IMG/VR virus record: IMGVR_UViG_3300020046_004077
DNA length: 64,000 nucleotides
Source: a virus
Lineage: Duplodnaviria; Heunggongvirae; Uroviricota; Caudoviricetes
Strand: one strand, 5' to 3'
Within the stretch, counting starts at the first letter, position 1. Every line of letters starts with the position of its first letter. Below are positions 57,130 to 64,000 of this stretch, in pieces. The position numbers were made by a program, and so were the translations under genes. The notes beneath the pieces were generated by a model, which did no database searches, was not told where the DNA came from, and saw nothing but the letters and a program-made list of their open reading frames with translations.

Positions 57130-57321
57130 ATGGGGTCGATTTTGAGTCGAATTAACGATGACTACGAAGAATATGAGTACGTATGTGATTTATTGAACAT
57201 ACGTCCTCATTTCTTGAGAGGGTTAAAAGAAGGAGATACTTTCTACAACCACCTTAAACAACTCTGTAATGAACATGGTGTTCATACAGTAGATGAATTA
57301 ATTAAAAAATTGAAAAAATGA
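57130..57321 (+). CDS. hypothetical small protein
   Basis: 63-aa ORF. Confidence 0.25.
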   Translation: MGSILSRINDDYEEYEYVCDLLNIRPHFLRGLKEGDTFYNHLKQLCNEHGVHTVDELIKKLKK

Positions 57322-59033
57322 ATCCACTACTATTAGTTGATTATTATAAAACGGAACATCATCGTATGCTACCAGAAGGTACTACAATGATCTATTCCAA
57401 CTTCACTCCAAGAAAGAGTAGAATTCCTGGAATAGACAAGGTTGTATTCTTTGGATTACAGCATTTCTGTCTTGAGTATTTGATTAAAGAATTTGACAAG
57501 CTCTTCTTTCACAAACAGGACATAGAGAATGAAGTTGAAAGACTTGGAGGTCTTCAAGGAGTTGACAGTAAAACATTAACCACTATCAAGTTAATTTACA
57601 AGTCCTCTGTTATTAAAGAGTATCAGAAGCACATTCCTGTAGATACTAAGCACATTGAAGCTTTGTGGGATTTAGGTTATTTACCTATTGAAATTAAAGC
57701 TGTTCCAGAAGGTACTTTAGTTCCAATTGGAGTTCCCTGCTTTACAATTAAAAATACACATCCTGACTTTGCCTGGTTAACAAATTACTTGGAAACCTTA
57801 ATTTCAACTATGATGTGGCAACCAATTACTTCAGCAACAATAGCTTATGAATACAAAAAAGTCCTTTCAAAATACGCATTGGAAACTACAGGATCTTCAG
57901 AATTCGTTCAGTGGCAAGGTCATGACTTTTCTATGCGTGGTATGTCTAGTATTGAATCCGCTATTCTTTCTGGCATGGGTCATCTTACATCGTTTACCGG
58001 AACGGATACTATTCCAGCTATATATCAGCTTGAAGAATCTTACGGAGCTACAGGGCTTATCGGTGCTTCTGTACCTGCTACTGAGCACAGTGTTATGTGT
58101 ATGGGTACTAAAGAAGCTGAGGTGGACACCTTCAAAAGGCTTCTGGATCTATATCCTACTGGTATTCTTAGTGTCGTTTCTGATACATGGAATCTTTGGG
58201 AAGTCCTGACAGTTCACCTTCCTCAAATTAAGGATCAAATCCTTTCAAGAGATGGTAAACTTGTTATTCGTCCAGATTCTGGTGACCCTGTAGATATTCT
58301 ATGTGGAGTAGAGTATTATCAAAATACGGATGGGAAATATTACTACAAGCGTGGAGGACAACTTAAGGAAGTACCTGAACCAGAAAGAAAAGGTGTAATT
58401 GAACTTCTCTGGGATTTGTTTGGAGGTAAAGTAAATGAATATGGATATAAAGAACTTGATCCTCATATTGGTGCTATCTATGGCGATTCTATCACTCTGG
58501 AACGTGCCGCTCAGATTTGTGAGAGACTCAAAGCTAAAGGTTTCGCTTCGACTAATGTGGTTCTTGGTATTGGTAGTTACACTTACCAGTATAATACTCG
58601 TGATACTTTCGGCTTTGCGATGAAAGCTACCTACGGTGAAGTATTAAATGTACCTACTGTTAAAGTAAAGAAGGCTGGAGGAGAAGAAGTTGAAATAGCT
58701 TTTGATCGTTCTAACCCTAAACATCTTGATCTTATCAAAGCAACTTACAGTCTGACTGGTAGAGAAGATCTTGTTGAAACTAGAGAAATCTACAAAGATC
58801 CAATTACTGATGATGGTACTAAGAGGTCTAAGAAAGGTCTTTTACAAGTATTTAACAATTATTGGGATACTCATCCAGCAATGCAGAAGTTTGATGGAAC
58901 TGATGAGTTGAAAGTAAATGATCAATGTACTTGGGAACAAGAAAACGGAGGCTTACTTGAAACTGTTTTCAAAAACGGTGAGTTAGTAAGAACTACTACC
59001 CTGGAAGAAATCAGAGAAAGATTGAAAGTATGA
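57318..59033 (+). CDS. nadV: nicotinamide phosphoribosyltransferase (NadV/Nampt) with C-terminal extension
   Basis: 571 aa; N-terminus MNPLLLVDYYKTEHHRMLPEGTT matches the Nampt N-terminal motif (D-x-YK-x-xH); overall type II PRTase-like. Confidence 0.65.
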   Translation: MNPLLLVDYYKTEHHRMLPEGTTMIYSNFTPRKSRIPGIDKVVFFGLQHFCLEYLIKEFDKLFFHKQDIENEVERLGGLQGVDSKTLTTIKLIYKSSVIKEYQKHIPVDTKHIEALWDLGYLPIEIKAVPEGTLVPIGVPCFTIKNTHPDFAWLTNYLETLISTMMWQPITSATIAYEYKKVLSKYALETTGSSEFVQWQGHDFSMRGMSSIESAILSGMGHLTSFTGTDTIPAIYQLEESYGATGLIGASVPATEHSVMCMGTKEAEVDTFKRLLDLYPTGILSVVSDTWNLWEVLTVHLPQIKDQILSRDGKLVIRPDSGDPVDILCGVEYYQNTDGKYYYKRGGQLKEVPEPERKGVIELLWDLFGGKVNEYGYKELDPHIGAIYGDSITLERAAQICERLKAKGFASTNVVLGIGSYTYQYNTRDTFGFAMKATYGEVLNVPTVKVKKAGGEEVEIAFDRSNPKHLDLIKATYSLTGREDLVETREIYKDPITDDGTKRSKKGLLQVFNNYWDTHPAMQKFDGTDELKVNDQCTWEQENGGLLETVFKNGELVRTTTLEEIRERLKV

Positions 59034-59389
59034 TAAGCTACAAATTACTGCTAGCCATTGGGTTAATCCACTGGTTAGCAGATTTTGCTCTACAGACTCA
59101 TTGGCAAGCGTCTAATAAATCAGACGACATGTTTGCATTACTAAAACATGTAGCAACCTACTCTTTAGTTTGGTTGCTCTTCTCTACCATTCACTTTGAA
59201 CATTTCGGGACAGGTGTAGTCTTTGCAGTAATTACATTCGTTACACACTTTGCTATTGATCTTATTACTAGTCACATTGTTAAACAGTGTTTTGATGAAG
59301 GAGACTACCATAATGGTTTTGTAGTTATAGGATTTGATCAAATCTTACATTACGTCCAGTTAATCTTAACTTACGAATTACTAAAATGA
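59030..59389 (+). CDS. multi-pass membrane protein
   Basis: 119 aa with three or four hydrophobic segments. Confidence 0.35.
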   Translation: MISYKLLLAIGLIHWLADFALQTHWQASNKSDDMFALLKHVATYSLVWLLFSTIHFEHFGTGVVFAVITFVTHFAIDLITSHIVKQCFDEGDYHNGFVVIGFDQILHYVQLILTYELLK

Positions 59390-60201
59390 AAAGATTTGCA
59401 ATAGGAGACATTCACGGGAACCATAAGGCTCTCGTGCAATGTCTTGAAAGAAGTGGGTTTGACAAAGAGAAAGATCAATTAATCACCTTGGGAGACATTG
59501 CTGATGGTTGGCACGAAGTATACGAATGTGTAGAAGAGCTGTTAACTATCAAGAATAGAGTCGATATTCATGGTAATCATGATGATTGGTTTTTGCAGTG
59601 GTTAAAAACTGACAAGCATCCAGACAACTGGGTACAAGGCGGAGAAGGAACTCTTAGATCATATACTAAGAAGCTGGGCTTTGGCTACGGTAAGCTGCAG
59701 ACTGGTGGCTGGGATCTTGGTGACCCAAGAAGGTTAACTACTGGAATGGCCCCTACAGATATTCCAGAGAGTCACAGAGACTTTTTCTATAACCAGAAAC
59801 CTTATTATAGAGATGGATTAGATAACATCTTTGTACATGGAGGGTTTAACAGGCACTATCTAATGGATGAGCAAGTAGCTTATACTTTATGGTGGGATAG
59901 AGATTTGTTTTACGCTGCTTTAGCTACTTCGGGGATCAACTATAACTCTTGTAGTGATAGAATCCTGAAGTTCAAAGATAAGAGTATCAATGAGGTGTTT
60001 ATCGGGCATACACAAACTACTTACTGGAAGGATAAAGCTAATCAGCCAATTACAGTTCCTATCTTTACAGACAGGATCATCAATCTTGATACTGGAGGTG
60101 GTTGGAATGGAGTTATAACCATTATGAATGTTGATACAAAGGAGTATTGGCAGTCTGATAAAGCTATGGAACTATACCCAGGAGAAAAAGGAAGAAATTA
60201 A
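59386..60201 (+). CDS. Ser/Thr phosphatase / ApaH-like metallophosphoesterase (PPP family)
   Basis: FAIGDIHGNHKAL, LGDIADGWHE, DIHGNHDDWF = GDxHG / GDxxDRG-like / GNH[DE]. Confidence 0.7.
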   Translation: MKRFAIGDIHGNHKALVQCLERSGFDKEKDQLITLGDIADGWHEVYECVEELLTIKNRVDIHGNHDDWFLQWLKTDKHPDNWVQGGEGTLRSYTKKLGFGYGKLQTGGWDLGDPRRLTTGMAPTDIPESHRDFFYNQKPYYRDGLDNIFVHGGFNRHYLMDEQVAYTLWWDRDLFYAALATSGINYNSCSDRILKFKDKSINEVFIGHTQTTYWKDKANQPITVPIFTDRIINLDTGGGWNGVITIMNVDTKEYWQSDKAMELYPGEKGRN

Positions 60202-60641
60202 TGGAACAACCTATTGTATTTGCTTATTGGAAAGATGATGAATTTAAAGGCTTTAGAGCTGACACATTTAACACGATTTCAAAGAAGTCCCCCAAAATCT
60301 ATCTTTATACTAAGAAACAGGTAGAGATTGTGATAAATAATGTTAAAAGTGGCTGTAATCAAGCCGGAACAAAATTCATGAAAGAACTTTTAAACTCTAA
60401 AGCCACAGTAATTAACACAACTGGCGAAGATTTAAATGATCTTTTAGTAGGACATTTAAGCAGAACTGAACAGAAATTCAGGGAATGGAAAACTTTTGAA
60501 CTTAGAGTTCATCCTTTTACCTCACCCGAAGAATTCTATTCTCTTCGTGAAGGAGATGAGTGGAAACTAAACAAGTATCTAACTGAGTTAGAACCTGCAT
60601 TAGAAGTACATAAATTTCAGATATTAGAGAATGAAAATTAA
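60201..60641 (+). CDS. hypothetical protein
   Basis: 146-aa ORF. Confidence 0.3.
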   Translation: MEQPIVFAYWKDDEFKGFRADTFNTISKKSPKIYLYTKKQVEIVINNVKSGCNQAGTKFMKELLNSKATVINTTGEDLNDLLVGHLSRTEQKFREWKTFELRVHPFTSPEEFYSLREGDEWKLNKYLTELEPALEVHKFQILENEN

Positions 60642-60703
60642 TACAAAAATCTTATGTTTAACCTAACCCAAAGTGCCATGAAGTAAGTTAAATAGCTTAA
60701 ATC

Positions 60704-60841
60704 ATGGCGAAAGTAAATGGCGGTAAGAACCGCAAGCACGGAAGAGAAAAGAAGAAACGCTTACGCAGCAATTCTCCTATCTCTCAGTACGTTAAAGGTA
60801 AAATCTCTTTTGAGAATTACTGGAAGACGGTTAAAAAGTAA
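60704..60841 (+). CDS. small highly basic protein (45 aa), not in ORF track
   Basis: ATG 60704 to TAA 60839-41: MAKVNGGKNRKHGREKKKRLRSNSPISQYVKGKISFENYWKTVKK. Confidence 0.3.
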   Translation: MAKVNGGKNRKHGREKKKRLRSNSPISQYVKGKISFENYWKTVKK

Positions 60842-60845
60842 GTAA

Positions 60846-60886
60846 TACCCAGATTGAGCTTCGGCTTGGTCTGGGTATTTTTTTTC
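60846..60886 (+). terminator. terminator hairpin at convergence of plus block and minus-strand large gene
   Basis: TACCCAGA-(16 nt)-TCTGGGTA followed by TTTTTTTTT. Confidence 0.6.
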
Positions 60887-63800
60887 TTATTTATATCCTC
60901 CTCTTTGTATCAGTCTTGTTTTACGGGAGAGATCGTCAAATTGTTTTTCAAACCCGAGACCAAGCTGTCTCTTTAAGTCTGCAGAAAGCTTGTTTTCTCC
61001 TTTATACGGACCTGATTCATACACTGGTTGATCTTCACCCATTATTACAGCTCCAAGAGAGTTAAACAAGTCTCCTTGTATTCTGTTTAAACCATCTACT
61101 GTGTTGAGTGCTACTGTAGGAGAACGTAATACCTCCCAAGCTGTAGAAGGAGAATAGAAAGTACTCATTTCTCTTCTTATTCTTGCGGTCATGTACTTAG
61201 TATAACTCTCATCATCATCGTCCCAAGCTAATCCAAGAAGGGCTGTTAAAACAATAATAGAATAAAGTTCAAACAACGTTTTACGGATGTTAGCTTTTCT
61301 CATGTTAATGATGTTATCCTTCTCTTCCTGGGAAAGCTCTAATTCATTTGGTAGTAATAATAATTCAGGATTACTTGCACCAAACCAGCTTAAGATACGT
61401 AAAGTATCAATTGTTCCCTGCACTATACCATTTCTGCTATAACTGTTGTTAAACGCTATTAAAGCTGAGAGATAATGACCTTCGTTCTCTTTTTGCAATC
61501 TTTCATCGTAATACTTAGTTTTCCATCTCGCTTGAATACCAGGGATTAACCAGTTACGCATGAAGAATAATAATCTACCTGCAGCATATTCGTTAACAGC
61601 AGGTTTATCCATCTGATTGTACACACCATTCATTAACTGGTATACCCGAATAGAGTAGTTGCGGATTTCATTTATATCTTCTCCGCTTATACTCTTCTTA
61701 CCTTTGTAGGTATACCCTTCTGATAATGTTACTTTACCTGTATTACTTACTTCAATAGCATCATACAACGGAACTTCTTCCCCTTTGCTATTCTTAGCTT
61801 TAAATCTATTAAATGTAGCACCAATAGCTTTAGATCCAAGGTAAAATTCTATTGAACTTCCTCCTGTTCTGCTAAGTGTATTCCAGATAGTTCTCATCCA
61901 GTTAGTATCTACACCAAGGTCAGTTACAGCTCTGTTATGATCAAGAGGGTTGAAGTAAGTTAATATTCTTCCTGCTTTGGTTTTCTTCTCTCTTCTTCCA
62001 AGATCCTGAGCAGAAGGTAATGCTATTTGACTAAAGAATTTATTAGCGTAAGCGTAATCTTTTTTATCAATTAAGTTTCCACCAACTACTTCTTTTACCA
62101 TTGTAAGTTCTCCTACAATACCGTTAGTTAACGGTATAGCTAGGTTACCGAACATGATTTTAAATCCAGTGAATCCAAGGAAGCTATCAACCATCTTGGA
62201 TACAGAGAACTTCTTACCATCTTTTTCTACATCTCCTTCGCTTTTCTTAACTTGCCCGTACATGAATCTTCTAAGTAGTGAATCGTAGGCTTCAAAGGAC
62301 TTGCTTTGCTCTCCTTTGATCGTATCAAACTTACCTGAAGCTAAAGGAATACCAGTTCTTTCTCTTGTTAACCAAGGGGTTAAGCCTGGTCCTTTAACTC
62401 TTCTTGTCTTCATTACTTCACGTTCAGCAAGTACAAGTTTACCCAGTTCAAGATCAGAGTGTAGGCTTTCAAGTCCTTTTCTTGAATACATTTCATGAAT
62501 AAAGAGTGGTAGAGTAGAGGCTAAGTCCAAGCTTACTTCCCTTGTGCTTAGTCTTCCAGATTTACCGTCCTGTTTAGCTATGAATCTGACAGGAATGTAC
62601 TCTTGCGGCTTACCATTCTCGTCTACAGCTTTAAAGTCTTTTTCGTCATATCTTTTACGAACTGCATCAATAGCACGTTCTTTTAGAACATTAAATTTGT
62701 CTTTACCTTCTTCACGAATAATACCTTCAAGCATAGAACGTTGGATAGAAGGGATTCTCAAGCCGGGTCTCATGGCAAGAGCAGGTATGTTTTCCTGTGA
62801 CTTTAAGTAACCTAACACAAAGGTTTCATAGAACTGTCTTAGAGGGAAATCAGGACTACCTTCTTTTATAGAAAGAATTGCTTTCCCTTCTTTGCTCCAA
62901 GGAGAAATTAGTTTTACACCATTCTCGTTCTCAGCAAGACTTTCCATATCCAGGATTGGAGCAAACTTATCTACAATACTGTTTGGGTTTCTGCCTTTAG
63001 ATTTTAACCAACCTTCGTACTCATTTAAAGACTTAAGCATACCTGTAGAGGTAAACTCTATAGTCTTCTTTTCCCACTTATACTTACCTTTTTCAGTAGG
63101 TACTTTTAATACAACTACAGCTTTCTGTTTTTTCTTCTCTGTAGTATAAAGGTCATCCTGAATCGCACGGTAAGCTGATGTAGTGTTATTTGTGAGCATT
63201 TTATGTGCTGTACGTACTGCTACGTCATCCATTTCCATGCCCACTTCTGTCCAGCGATTTAACCAATCAATGTCACGATCTGCAACTTCCAGTTGATCTA
63301 CAATTGATTCAAGGGTTATATTAGGGTCAGTAAGGGTATTCTTAATAACTGAAGCAAACCTCTTAATAGCAAGACGTCTTGTGTCATTGTTCATTTTATG
63401 TACATCTGCACGAAGTTGATCCAAGCTCTTCAAAAGAACCTCACTATTACCCCCTTCAGGAATAAAGTTATCCGGGTTTTGGTGAATTTGGTCAGAGAAG
63501 GCATCAAGTAACTTATAGGACACAAGCTGTTCTCTCATAGCAAAGAGTGTATCAGGGTTGATCTTACCTGGATCTTTAGCCATTAAGTTGTAAGCTTCCT
63601 TCAGCTTATTCATTTCTTCCTCTACTGTAATCAAGTATTTAACTACAGCTTCGTTACGCTTAGTTTTAACCAACTCAGTAAGTACTTCTATGTTTCCTCC
63701 AAGTTGTTTAGCTTCAGCTCTTTTGCCCTTTGTTTTAAGTCTTTCTTCTCTGGCTTTAAGAGACGCAAGCATTTGATCAAGTAAGTCTATTCTCTTACTT

Positions 63801-64000
63801 CCAACCTTAGTTTCCTTCTTTTCAAAACCAAGTTCTACAGGACTGTAGTTCTGTAAGTTATCAGCTTTGTCAAGTACTTTGTAGTATTCCTCTAAGATTT
63901 GATCAAACTTATCTGTAAACCCAAGTAACTTACGTAAAGCTCTTATAAGCCTGCTCCATAGACTTGTACCTCTTAACTTAGCTCTGAACTTAGAATTAGA
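60887..64000 (-). CDS. very large virion-type protein (>1030 aa; tape-measure/internal-virion-protein candidate), 5' end beyond window
   Basis: ORF track gives 961 aa from ATG at 63772, but the minus-strand frame stays open upstream to 64000 (...DLLDQMLASLKAREE reads through), so the gene continues off the window. Confidence 0.45.
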   Translation of the reverse strand, partial: SNSKFRAKLRGTSLWSRLIRALRKLLGFTDKFDQILEEYYKVLDKADNLQNYSPVELGFEKKETKVGSKRIDLLDQMLASLKAREERLKTKGKRAEAKQLGGNIEVLTELVKTKRNEAVVKYLITVEEEMNKLKEAYNLMAKDPGKINPDTLFAMREQLVSYKLLDAFSDQIHQNPDNFIPEGGNSEVLLKSLDQLRADVHKMNNDTRRLAIKRFASVIKNTLTDPNITLESIVDQLEVADRDIDWLNRWTEVGMEMDDVAVRTAHKMLTNNTTSAYRAIQDDLYTTEKKKQKAVVVLKVPTEKGKYKWEKKTIEFTSTGMLKSLNEYEGWLKSKGRNPNSIVDKFAPILDMESLAENENGVKLISPWSKEGKAILSIKEGSPDFPLRQFYETFVLGYLKSQENIPALAMRPGLRIPSIQRSMLEGIIREEGKDKFNVLKERAIDAVRKRYDEKDFKAVDENGKPQEYIPVRFIAKQDGKSGRLSTREVSLDLASTLPLFIHEMYSRKGLESLHSDLELGKLVLAEREVMKTRRVKGPGLTPWLTRERTGIPLASGKFDTIKGEQSKSFEAYDSLLRRFMYGQVKKSEGDVEKDGKKFSVSKMVDSFLGFTGFKIMFGNLAIPLTNGIVGELTMVKEVVGGNLIDKKDYAYANKFFSQIALPSAQDLGRREKKTKAGRILTYFNPLDHNRAVTDLGVDTNWMRTIWNTLSRTGGSSIEFYLGSKAIGATFNRFKAKNSKGEEVPLYDAIEVSNTGKVTLSEGYTYKGKKSISGEDINEIRNYSIRVYQLMNGVYNQMDKPAVNEYAAGRLLFFMRNWLIPGIQARWKTKYYDERLQKENEGHYLSALIAFNNSYSRNGIVQGTIDTLRILSWFGASNPELLLLPNELELSQEEKDNIINMRKANIRKTLFELYSIIVLTALLGLAWDDDDESYTKYMTARIRREMSTFYSPSTAWEVLRSPTVALNTVDGLNRIQGDLFNSLGAVIMGEDQPVYESGPYKGENKLSADLKRQLGLGFEKQFDDLSRKTRLIQRGGYK

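Noticed and set aside
1-64000. CRISPR arrays, integrase/att sites, DGR reverse transcriptase
   Set aside because: No spaced direct-repeat arrays, tyrosine/serine recombinase motifs or RT (YxDD) motifs were found by eye. The tRNA 3' fragments could be att-like, but no integrase is present in the window.

Overview
This window reads as a contiguous piece of a large, AT-rich (~37-40% GC) tailed-phage genome, most likely a virulent phage of a low-GC host (Bacteroidota/Flavobacteria-like codon usage and T-loops). No integrase is seen. Layout: (i) 1-15000, minus strand, virion morphogenesis module: two paralogous tail-fiber genes (one with a collagen-like G-X-Y run), Cys-rich and other structural proteins, a GroES-like co-chaperonin, putative major capsid, acidic scaffold, portal and large terminase. 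(ii) 15000-20100, minus strand, small early-type ORFs plus a calcineurin-like phosphoesterase. (iii) 20159-23578, minus strand, a dense tRNA array of about 25 genes, of which about 20 are canonical and several are aberrant or chimeric. The array is interrupted by a PD-(D/E)xK-like ORF, a 130-aa ORF and an HNH endonuclease, and closed by a strong terminator. (iv) 24211-25061, a divergent non-coding junction with a C10 homopolymer and a GC-rich patch, followed by GAGTT-type repeats. (v) 25062-60641, plus strand. This block carries small hypothetical genes, a YpsA/SLOG protein, and a long non-coding stretch holding a tRNA 3'-half-like fragment. It also carries a TROVE/vWA protein and a very unusual cluster of repeat-separated tRNA half-like elements at 33355-33745. 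A lysis module follows (signal-peptide M15 endolysin, small TM ORF, SPFH/band-7 protein), then a replication module (PolA, SF2 helicase, DnaB-like helicase, AAA_24/Sak4 ATPase, Toprim primase, dNTP pyrophosphohydrolase-like). Next comes a candidate ubiquitin-like conjugation cassette (ThiS/MoaD-like Ubl, unknown 423-aa protein, JAB/MPN peptidase, ThiF/E1-like enzyme, unknown 278-aa protein). The block ends with Hjc-like resolvase, UDG, FEN/5'-3' exonuclease, a sigma-like factor, and PRPP-synthetase-like plus NadV (Nampt) NAD-salvage genes and a PP-family phosphatase. (vi) 60887-64000, minus strand, a very large (>1030 aa) virion-type protein that runs off the window end. The Ubl/JAB/E1 cassette and the permuted-looking tRNA-half repeat region are the most unusual features. 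All calls rest on motif recognition by eye, with no database searches run, so confidences are moderate.
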